The notes below the pieces were generated by a model. It had not been told where the DNA came from. It was given only the letters and a program-made list of their open reading frames with translations, and did not search any database. A DNA stretch of 64,000 nucleotides from Paecilomyces variotii (lineage: Eukaryota): the NCBI GenBank assembly GCA_004022145.1, contig RCNU01000008.1, one strand, 5' to 3'. Numbering within the stretch: the first letter of the stretch is position 1; each line of letters begins with the position of its first letter. This document shows, piece by piece, positions 50,825 to 64,000 of the stretch. The translations under genes were made by a program, and so were the position numbers.

Positions 50825-51441
50825 ATGGCCGACCGCGAACAGCCCTACGACCCCTATATCCCCTCTGGTGGGAGCGCGCCCTCTGGGGGAAACCAGAGGA
50901 CCGCAGCTTTACAGGCGGTAGGTTCGACCTCGGCTTTCTAGGCTGCAGCGAGAAAAAAAAGGATCGCATTCCGGCTCCTTTCAGGGGACGCGACACTCTC
51001 AAGCCCGGTCAAAACGGTGCTAGGGACCAGTGATGCGCTATTGCCTGTGGACTGGAATGAGAAAATGGATCGCTCAGCTGCCCTAGATACGCTCTGTTTC
51101 AATTTGCGATAACAATGCTGACTTGGTTGCAGCAAATTGATGATACCGTGGGGGTGATGCGCGAGAATATCAACAAGGTGTCGCAACGTGGAGAGCGCCT
51201 TGACTCCCTTCAGGACAAGACGGACAACCTGGCTGTATCGGCACAGGGATTCCGCAGAGGTGCCAACCGTGTGAGGAAGCAGATGTGGTGGAAGGACATG
51301 AAGATGCGCGTGTGCCTGGTCATTTGCGTCATCATCCTGATCGTTGTCATTGTTGTCCCTGCAGGTAAGTCTCGGCTCTTGATGCTCCTTTCTGCGATTC
51401 GAGTGTCTAACGCCCTGATAGTTGTTGTGACGAAACACTGA
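50825..51441 (+). CDS. SNC1: Synaptobrevin/VAMP v-SNARE (Snc1/SynA)
   Basis: [16 protein letters not shown]...[61 protein letters not shown] followed by a TM helix. Confidence 0.93.
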
Positions 51442-52190
51442 GTCGATGTATACGGCAAAATTGTTTTTGGGCACGGATTTCGTTTTTTCTTTTTCTAATT
51501 CCTTTACGGTGTACTCCTGGGGGAGAGTTGAAGGCCAGATGTCTCTCGAATGGAGCTCTGTCCTTCTGGTCTCCGCTCCATGCTTCTCGGTCGGGCGTGA
51601 ATTAGCTGACTTCTGACGACTACTGAACCATGCCTCCACCTTCGATGCTGCGAGCTGACCTGACTCTGGGCGGGCGCTGGCATACGATTCCTCGAGGGTG
51701 AAGCTGTACATGATACTCCTGGTGATTGCTGCATGTTCTGTCTCTGTTACTCCTCCTGGTACCTCTTAGCGACTTATAATGAATTGTGTGTCGGGCTTTC
51801 GATTGCGTTGCAACAGAAACCCCCTGTCGACGTGTAACTTGTTCCATAGATGTATGAAAAAAACCATTCGTATTCCACTGCAAGGTACTGAACTAGTACC
51901 ACTATAGCACTAGTATAAGTATCTATCTGTCAGGCCCATTGAGCTCTTCCACAGGCCGCAATCGGCTGGTCTAATAAGGTAATGGCACGCGAAAACACGA
52001 CAGTTATCAGATTAGATCCTGGCTCCACCTGCAGGAGAACCGATCTTGACGATGTTACGCCACGAAAGACGAGTAGGCCACTTAATTATTCGTCTACCGA
52101 TTTTCCTGATTGGAGAGCAGCGTAGTTTTAACGTGGGGTGCAAGTATGAGTCCGGCGTGTCTCCGAAAGTCGCTGCCAAGCCCAAATGGC

Positions 52191-52226
52191 GAAAAAAGAA
52201 AAAGAAAAAGAAAAAGAAAAAAGAAA
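52191..52226. repeat. (GAAAAA)n purine-rich tandem repeat
   Basis: About 6 imperfect GAAAAA units in the intergenic region upstream of ARG5,6. Confidence 0.75.
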
Positions 52227-52348
52227 ACCAACGGAATGAAGAAGGAAGCCCAATGGCAAAAAGGAATGGCAGTGATAAGGAGCAAGAGGGATTACTTGTA
52301 GCCAACGGGTGATTCTGTAAATGAAGAAGAGTAATAATATCAGAGAAA

Positions 52349-52357
52349 ATGACTCAT
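52349..52357. promoter_or_regulatory. Gcn4/CpcA recognition element ATGACTCAT
   Basis: Perfect consensus ~360 bp upstream of an arginine biosynthesis gene. Confidence 0.7.
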
Positions 52358-52705
52358 AACGTGAAATGGGAAAAAACGCACTAAATGTGCTCTTCTGCTT
52401 GCTTTTCCAAGTGATCTAATTAACTTACTGAGGGACTCCCGAGCTCCCGCGGCACAAATCCTTGGAAGAAAAAAGCCAGTTACTAGTCGTCACCGCCTGA
52501 GACCCTCCCCGGACCCAGCCAGACTGGCTCCGACTTAGGCGGCGTAAATTTCAGAGCCGGGCATTCTCAGTAGAAAATCCCCTTCCTGTCCACCCTTTCA
52601 CCTGAACTCTCCGGCAGCGGACTGTCTTGTGTGTAATTAACCTCTGTTCAGGTGTTTCCTCGCTCGTCCAGGCGTCTCCTTGGGCTCCTTTGCTCTCTGA
52701 ATTGA

Positions 52706-55556
<2,851 letters not shown>

Positions 55557-56793
55557 ACTGCCCAACAACTACATCCCCAGCTGAGATACAAAATACGAAT
55601 AGGGAGGACAAATGCATTACCGAGGTTACAGACCGTCCATCAACGGCTTCATGAGTATCCTTTGATGCGCGGTTACCAGTCTATTCCATCGAGGGTGTTC
55701 CGCATTTGTTCCAGCATGGTCTTAGACTTTTCTCTTAGGCCTATCCTATATCTTACCAGGCGCCTCATGTTATGTTAAAATCTGTCTGTACATGTTGAGT
55801 TTACTAATCGGTTATCGGTTACTTTTTCTGTAGTGGCTGCATTCAGCCTGCGTTTTGATCTACTCTGCTATCTTGCGTGCCTGCACTGTATTCAGGATTC
55901 ATGTGTCATATACGATGGGTCCATCTATTTGCTTTCTATTTCCTTCATATCTACATTATAGACGTCAGTGATGACGATGTCAAGGTGGACATGGTGCTTT
56001 ATCCCCACATTCCGTGAAGCCTTTGTGAAAAGGAAGGAGTACAACTAAAAAAAAGTACATATACATACGGTCAACTCTGCTATGTTCGTGTGCAGTAATC
56101 ATAACTAGTTGGAGATGTTGCGTTTATGGTACATCCTCGAGGCCAATGGCTTCTTGAAACACATCTCATACGGCAGGTGCCAATTGGAGCCACACTGGGC
56201 CAGTCTTCGTGGATGCAGAATCCTCTATCTGCTTATTTCAGGGGAAGAAAATCCTTATATACATCAAGATCTTTAACTACTACTCATTTCGAAGTCCAAG
56301 AAGTTTCAAGACCATGACAGGTGCATGGAGTTTCCTTCGAACTACGCCGAAAGACATATCCTCCATGGTTATGAGTCTACGAAATCCCATTTATTATCCC
56401 TTTCCAAAGAACCGTAAAGCATTCTACAAATTCCATCTTCAGTAGAGCTAACTAGTACTTCCGTGCAGTCAGGAGGGGTGGGCTGGCTCTTCCTCTGCCC
56501 GGACATGTGAACTTGTCGACGAGCGTACCTCCGTCAACTCACTTCGACAAGCTTCCACCATCCTCCTTTTCCAACATCGCCATCTTTAATGATGCTCATC
56601 GCGTCATTACTCGACAAAAGCCTTACTGGTGTCAATTAATAGTAATCCTGGGAGTTATTTCGTTATTGAGGGACGTGTATCCCGATTTCTTGACGCGGTG
56701 AGATAGATATCGAGTGAAACTCTAGCTGGACGGCTCAGGGGCCAGACAAAGGATATCACTGCAGGACTTCTACATTGACTATCTAGAGCAAAG

Positions 56794-59483
56794 ATGTTCT
56801 ATAGTCATGAGAGTAAGCCCTTCTTTATTGTTCTTTGCTCTTCAATGGCTCGTCCAGGGGAAAGGACCCCCTTATGGATCTGTAACTATCCATGAGTTAA
56901 CAGAAATGACTGACGCGTGTCTTTGGTGCAGTCCTTACGTCTCGCGAGCATGGAGTCGCTACTATATGGTCAGTTTATCTATCCTTCGTCAGATGTTTTT
57001 CGTTGCATCTAGTTCGAGTCGCATGTCTTTGGATGAAAGTGATGAAATGGTTCTTCAACAGCATTGAACTCTGGCAAGTTCTATATGTGGTTATACGTAG
57101 CTAACCTGAATGGATGCAACAGGCTCGTTGCAACGCTAGGCGCCAAGTCGACCACTAGAAGGGTGAATCGCAAAGCCATTCTCGATGTGGATGTTCCCAA
57201 GGCATGCGATACGATCATGCGTCCTGAAGCTCCAATGGCGCTTAGGCTTCAGGGAAACCTCTTGTGAGCAGATTCATAGTACAATTGTTCTAGCTGCTTT
57301 TGCCGTATTGGTTAACATTAGATGTGGTAGATACGGGGTCTCAAGGGTATACAATCAGCAGTGTGTATACACACTGACAGACACCCAAGCCATGCATGAT
57401 AGAATGAGAATCATGCTGAAGTCTGTGCAAGGGACGGGGTTGGATCCAGAAGCTGGAAAGGCCAGGTTAGTAACTGCCAAGCAAGGATGTCCTATGTGCG
57501 AGCTATCCTAGCCTTGAAAGTATGCGTTGATGACCCGAGGTGTATCGTGCAGACCCGACCATCTAATCGTGCCATACGACAAATCCTTCATGCCAGACAC
57601 AGACCTTCCCGGGTTCTATCACGAGTTACTCGCTCTGGGTGCTGGAACAGAGTTCCTCCCTAGTCCGCGCACAACTCTTTTGTCAACGCAAGACTCGTCT
57701 TCTGACGGACATAGCAATCTGGTGTTTGACGAGCCTCAACTTCAGATATCTTCATCTGACATAGATATAATGGGTTTGACTGTTCCTGGGAGTGTCGGGA
57801 AGATGAGTGATTCTATCATGGCAGGAAATCAGATCAGTCAAACTATGCTGAGTGATGAAGAGGGTGTGCTCCTACAGCCAGATTTCGAATTCGACGAGGA
57901 GGGAAATATAGTAGAGCTTGGGGGGCACGGAGGTAACAACGAAGGCGGAACTCAGGGCCAGAGTGAGGCCGCTTCCGCCCATCAAGTGAGAGAAGGTCAG
58001 GACCACCAGGTATGTATCCAGTGATTAGTGTTCTAAGGTTATGGTAGCTTACACCATGATGCAAGGCCGATGCACTTATACACCAAGATGAGTATAATGA
58101 AACTCTTCTCGGGGACGAATCTCTTCCCAGCGACCACGTACCGAAACGGGGTCGCCTTCCAGACCCTGACTATATAGAAGAGACAGCCCAAATGCCACCC
58201 AAGAAGGTCGCCAGGATTCTTGTTGTCGATGAACGAAACCAACTCCGCAATGCAGACCTAGCGCAGTCGAACTATCAATATCTTGAAAATATGGCGGCTG
58301 CTTCTAAGCAGAAAGAGCAATATAAGATTTTAGTGCAAGCAAAGAAGAACGCCGCATTCTGGGTCTTCGGCCAAGGAATTGCCTCTGTAGGCGTGGGCCT
58401 GGGCATATCTCGCGTTGAGCATCCCTTGAGCTGTTTCTCTGGAGAGCAACTTTTCGACGTTATACAAGGAGAGAACTCTTCGGGAAGAGGAAAACGTAGT
58501 CGTGGCTCGACTGAGGACAGCGAATCTGATAGTGACAGCAGAAGGGTCCGCCGCCGCAGGGATGAAGGCGAAATCGGTCGTGGAGATGGGTTTGAGTTAG
58601 GTGATGGAGCTGAATACAAGGTACATCTATTCTGGTTGAGTGTTTCACTGGTCTGGAGATGAGCTGACCGGCTGTATAGGACATAGAGATAGGTCGTCAG
58701 GGGCCGCCTTCTCTTCAAGACGACCATTCCTCCCAGATGCCATGGAACCTCACGTCATCCATCCAAGGTTCCCGCCACGGCTCTTCAGCTCCTAGCCTTC
58801 CTCGTGGATTTGGAAGTGCTAGTGAGATAGCACGAGGGCATATCGGTTTTGGCAGGGCTGGTAGTCGTCTCACAAGCGCCAGCCCTCTTGCTGGTCGTGG
58901 GCTCGGCCTTGATCTCGCAGGACAGGATCTTCTGAGTAGCCTTCCGATCCCTGGGAATGAAGGAGGTGACATTGATGTACTTGGAGATTTCGATCTCGAT
59001 ACTTACCTGGAAGGGGAGATGGATGATAGGCGTCCAGTAACCACCACCGAAGGGCATGACTCCTTCCAACTGTTCGGTCCAGCCGCGGCCGTGGACACTC
59101 AGACTGCGGCACAATCTCAATGGATTGCCTCAGCACTCGACCATGAGAGCAAGAACTTCTTCGAATTCGTGAAGAATAAGATCGACACCCTAGTTGTTGA
59201 GCAGTCTATGGTCGGAGAGCAAAAGAACGGACTCGGCGAGGGATCTACCCACGAAGTCACCGGCTCGAAGGAGATCGCCTTCTCAGTCCTCCTGCCACCC
59301 GAGATGAACAGTCGTGTGGTGGCCACTCAGGGCTTGATGCACGTCCTAACACTTGCCACAAAGGGTATCATGAGTGTGCGCCAAGCTGAAAGTGCCCCAA
59401 GCTATGACTCCCATGGTCAAGACGAACCGCAAAGCGTCATTGGGGATATATTCCTCAGCGTGAAAGAAACGCAACACTTCTAG
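56794..59483 (+). CDS. rec8: Rad21/Rec8-family kleisin, probably meiotic Rec8
   Basis: Spliced N-terminus MFYSHEILTSREHGVATIWLVATLGAKS...APMALRLQGNLLYGVSRVYNQQC. C-terminal winged-helix 'NSRVVATQGLMHVLTLATKG'. Confidence 0.85.
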
Positions 59484-61065
59484 ACGGCCACTGCTGTATC
59501 ACAGTGCAGGATTTCCACAAGAAAGCCGTCTTTTACAAGGAGGTACCATCGTTACAAACACGTAACTATTTCAGGAGTCTGCCTTGTGCGCGCATCTCCT
59601 TTTGATCTACGGCGCTGAATATCGACTTAGTTCGTTACATTTATTTATCACAGCATTTATTATGACATCAAGGATCAGCTTGCAAGAATGGGCATATTCC
59701 CCTCCCCTGCACAGGAGATGAAGCTATATCAATGAGGTTTTCCATGTTTCTTTCTCTGGGTTTGTTTTATTTACTTCCGAACTCTGCGAGTTGTTGCTTT
59801 TCATTACACGATGCGTACTGTCTTTCCCACGGCTCCACCTAGTGGAAACGATGCAAGCGATCTCTCTCTTCCTATCGATTGCCGGGAATTCTTATGCTTA
59901 ATTTTATTTTAGCCTTTTATTCCCCTTTCCATGGTGTTTCTTTCTAGGCTCAGTCTACAACATAGTTATGTGGTTATGACGGGTGTACAGATACGCCGTA
60001 CGCATACCGGGGACGGTTACGTTTACAGCCATACAGCGTACGGTACATTTAGTACGTTAGCTTGACGAGCATGCATAGCAAGGTTGATGACAACTATAAT
60101 GAGACCTACTAATTTTATATTTACATGGGGCTAAGGAGATTTCTTTTGATGTCGATTGTATCACTTCTGGGGCTATGGTCCAGCGCGCGTGATCGACCTT
60201 GTGAAATTTCTGCCATCTACCAAAAGTCCTACGAGTCGGCGGCCCTACTTGGGTGGGCGACGCGCTGAGTCGAGCTCTAGCAGCTTTGGGCTTGAAACAC
60301 CAGACTTGTCTGCGGATCAGAATAGCACGGGGCTCCGTTGTATATGATCGGAAACCATTTCACATTGACGTGTTCGATTCGGATTCCCATAGTGACAATG
60401 CCAATGCGACCGGTAGGACCGATCGACACGCGTCGAGTTATCTCAGGCCAGCCACAGAAAATAGGAACTCCCAATCGCCATGTTGACTAGCAGCCCAATA
60501 CGTCCATTGGAGCGCCCACTCTGCCAGTTCCAGAATATCACGCACACGCGGGCAGTAGATCGTGCTCAACTTTGGTTGCACTCAGCGGTTCCACGCGCGA
60601 ATCGCTCCAGCATAATAAGACTGTAGCTGATGGTGCCAAATTGCACGGTGGAAAGGAGAGCGCCACGGGTAAAACAAGATAAAAGATATCAACACGGACA
60701 GGATGCTTGAAGTTCAGCACAGTCGGGACATATCTAGATCACTTAATATTAATACTTAGTCGAACGAGGCAGCGATGAGCGGCCAGCCGCGGGAGGAAAA
60801 TTACGCCGAGGCGGTTTCTGACGGAGCTCGCGTAACTTAACCGCGCCACCGTCTTGTCCTGTCTCTGTCTCCGTCTCGTCTCGTCTTGTCTTTCCCACCC
60901 TCTCCCGTTTCCTTTTCCCTTCTGCCTCCCTCGCCCGTTCCAACACCTTCGACGCGACCGACACCCTCGCAAGTCAACCGTCATCGAGTCTCAGCCAGTT
61001 TCGAGAACTGTAAAGTACCTCCCGGCATCTGAATTCAAAGATCAGTCGTGTATCTGGGGGAAATC

Positions 61066-62573
61066 ATGGGTCGCACGGTCGACCAGGAAGTCCACGCGGC
61101 GTTCGTCGAGTTCCGCGCCAAGGAAGACGATAAGGTGTGTGAATCTGTATTTCCCGTATCTGGGTAATATTTCAACCCACCACCCGACGTCTTCAATACT
61201 GACATACAAACCCTCTTTCTGGTCTCCAGTGTCTTTCCGTGCAGTGTATCTACTGCCAGCAGATCCGGGCAAAGAACACCTCTCGTCAGAAGCAACATCT
61301 CCTCGAGTGTCCCGGTCTCCGCGGTCATCCCAATGCCCCTCAGCCGCAGTCAGCAGCTCCTGGCCCCAATGGCATCGGCCCTGCCAACGGCTATCCCGCA
61401 ACTCCAAATGGACCAGCTGCCACAGCCCCAGGACCTGGCCCTGGGCCAGCGGCGGGCACGTTGCCCAACACAAACGGACCGATGATGTCCAACGGCGTCA
61501 ACCCTCATACTGCCGCGATGCAGACGCCGCTGCAGAATCTGTCGAACCGTCCTCCATTGCCGACGCCGGGTGCTACCGCAGCACCAGCCGGTTCGTCGGC
61601 CGTACCTCAACCCCAGCAGCGTCCTGTTCATACTCCTAAGTCTTCCAGTAAGCCTAGGACAAGCACCTCTAATCTGCCCGCGCCGCCTTTGGATGATGTT
61701 CACGCTGCTTTCGTCGAGTTCCGCGCTAAGGAGGAAGACAAGGTAAGGATGGCTTTGTTGCATCGGAGTCTCATGGTATATATTAATGAATGGTATATAT
61801 TAATGAATGAATCCAGTGTCTGTCTGTCCAATGCATCTACTGTCAGCAAGTTCGCGCAAAGAACACAAGCAGACAGCGCCAACATCTGCTCGAATGCCCG
61901 ACCTACCTCAATGTCATGAAGGATTCTATTCCCGCCAACAACCTGCTCCACACATTCCCGGAGGGTGATATTGCTCGCTCTTTGCAGATACCTACGCCTT
62001 CTCTGGAACTGGATTTCCGCATGAGTATAAAGCTCAACCCTAAAGTCTCCGTTGGCGCAGGCATCTGGGGACAGAGGGACTGGATCACCTTCATTGGTGG
62101 ACAGTGGGCTGGTCGATGGGGCAAGGGTGTGGTTCTGGTATGTGCTCTTATTCATCTTTCAAGCTCTGTCCAATGCTAATTTCTATGTACAGCCTGGTGG
62201 ACAGGATTCTCAGGTCGTGGTGAAGGAGTTGGCCACAAGCATTAAAGCCAACTACATGCTACAGACTGCCGACGAGCCTCCCGCTTTCATTGTCGTCAAG
62301 ACCAATGGTTGGTTGACTGGCGCTAAGGACGTGCTGGAAAAGCTGGCTGATCCTAATGTCGCCGATACCATTAACCCGAACACATATAAGTATCGCATCA
62401 ATCTCTCTATGGAAACCGGTGATGAGCGATATGCCTTTGTGAATACCCTGATGTGGATCGGCAGCTGCTGTCGCAGAGGCCATGAAAGTATGTGCAACCC
62501 CTTACAGATAACTTAAACGAAATAAATTGCTAACTCCATCCTAGTCATCTTCGACGCTTTCCGCGTGAACTGA
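61066..62573 (+). CDS. Protein with two duplicated BED-like zinc-finger modules and a C-terminal DUF3237-like beta-barrel
   Basis: VHAAFVEFRAKE(D/E)DK|CLSVQCIYCQQ(I/V)RAKNTSRQ(K/R)QHLLEC occurs twice, separated by a Pro/Ala/Gly linker. C-terminus 'WGQRDWITFIGGQWAG...PGGQDSQVV...METGDERYAFVN'. Confidence 0.75.
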
Positions 62574-63467
62574 TATGCTACAACACGATTTAGTTATGCT
62601 TTGACCGTTATTCAGCGAGTGACATATATGTTCGAGTCAAATCCCGTACTCTAGTCTGAAATTGTGGTTCCTGATGGTGTCTCGGTCAGAATTGGGGTCT
62701 GTTTCTTCTTATCGATACTCGTATTTCCACTCTTCCAATTATGATGCTGGCACGACTTGCTTTTGTCACTTTCGACGTTGGGCGTCGTTTTTCTTTTCAA
62801 TCGGATGGTATTCTCTTATCCACCATTTATGATACGCAAAACTGTAACTTTTAGCCTAAGCTTATGTGGAGCATTTGTTTCTCGAGTGATGTAACAATTT
62901 GATGGAGACCATTTATTTCTTTACAGGGAACGTGAACAACTCGGGTGTCTTTCCATCTGATATAATCAAACAGCCTTGAATCAGGCTGGATAGTTCACAG
63001 CTACTGATGAAACAACTGCCCGAGCTTTTATATTAGTAAAGCCCCTAAAGCTTATTATTTCGTCCGAGTATGTTGACCGACAAAGTACATACATAGATTA
63101 ATGCTCCAAACGATCTGTATTTCCGCCGCTGCGGACGAACCCTAAAGTGGCAACCGATTGATAATCGGACCGCATCTCCGAGATCTTCGTCCGCCCTCCG
63201 CTAAGTGGCTAAGTAGGTAGATTTCTCGAATCTATGCAGGAATCTCTCTTCAAGCGACCCCAGTTCTTTTGTCTTTTTCGAGGATGACAGATGTAGAAGG
63301 AGTGTAGTTACTATCTACTCTAGTGAAATATAAGGACTGACTTCACGAAGCAAATTGCTCCTCTCTGTAGCAGAAATCAATTTCGATTGATCGCTCCGCC
63401 CATTTCGTCTCCGGTAAAAGCCATGCAAGATAATACTAATTTATCTCGTCCGAAGCAGCTCCAAGTC

Positions 63468-64000
63468 ATGGCTAACTCAACCGTTGTCTTTATCACTGGC
63501 GTGAGGACAGGTATGTTCTATTTACAACTCACCAAGTCAAACCCTCTCCCGTCGAGGGGGTCATCTACTGTGCTACCTAGGTATCCGAGCTAATGTCCAT
63601 TCTAGGAATTGGTAAGGCCTTGGCTCAAGCATATCTCGCCCGGTCCAACCATATTGTCGACACCTCAGACGCGAGTGTCCAGGAGCTCAAAGATAACCCC
63701 GTTGCCATTGGTTCTAAACTACTTCTCGTTGCCTTCGAGAGCACCTCAAGCACTGACATTGCAAAGGCCATCAAGGAAATTGAGGCTATTGATATCTCCT
63801 ACATTCATCTTGTCATTGCAAATGCAGGCGTCTGTCCTGTCCTTACCCCAATTGCCACAGTTGATGTGAACGATGTGATCACTGCCTTCAATGTCAACGC
63901 GGCCGGCCCTCTTATTCTCTTCCAGGCAGTCAGGCACTTGCTCGAAAATTCAAAGAAGTCGCCCAAGTGGGTGTCTATGTCGAGTGCCGCTGGTTCCATT
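63468..64000 (+). CDS. SDR ketoreductase (Nor-1/toxin-biosynthesis ketoreductase-like), 3' truncated by window end
   Basis: MANSTVVFITGVRT|GIGKALAQAYL, LVIANAG, FNVNAAGPLILFQA, KWVSMSSAAGSI. Runs off the window. Confidence 0.8.

Noticed and set aside
50938-51711. 257-aa minus-strand ORF
   Set aside because: Antisense to the v-SNARE gene, including its introns and 3' UTR. No coding hallmarks.
57039-57110. GTGATGA ... CTGA pair in the long second rec8 intron resembling a C/D-box snoRNA
   Set aside because: The putative D box abuts the branch point, no terminal stem is evident, and no rRNA-complementary guide was recognised.

Overview
Intron-rich genomic DNA from a filamentous ascomycete (Eurotiales-like gene content, 5S rRNA sequence and short GT-AG introns with CTRAY branch points). 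The left half (~6-31 kb) looks accessory. It holds a putative catabolic cluster (phenol 2-monooxygenase, Baeyer-Villiger monooxygenase, hybrid C2H2/Zn2Cys6 regulator, SDR, MFS transporter), a three-exon 67-aa six-cysteine secreted peptide, a CYP52-clan P450, a pseudogene and a dispersed 5S rRNA gene. The right half is mostly conserved housekeeping genes: mitochondrial pyruvate carrier, complex I B8 subunit, LigB dioxygenase, Chs4/Skt5, Cbp4, GH76 Dfg5/Dcw1, v-SNARE, Arg5,6, Rec8, a Zn-finger/DUF3237 protein and a truncated SDR. The most interesting signal is a head-to-head pair: a secretory prolyl 4-hydroxylase-type 2OG-Fe(II) oxygenase and an HDEL-bearing PDI-like protein whose CGHC active site is replaced by SPPS. 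This recalls the alpha/PDI-beta architecture of animal collagen prolyl 4-hydroxylase. A GGGG-N5-CCG motif recurring in the cluster promoters is also notable. All gene models were spliced and translated by eye; no database searches were run.
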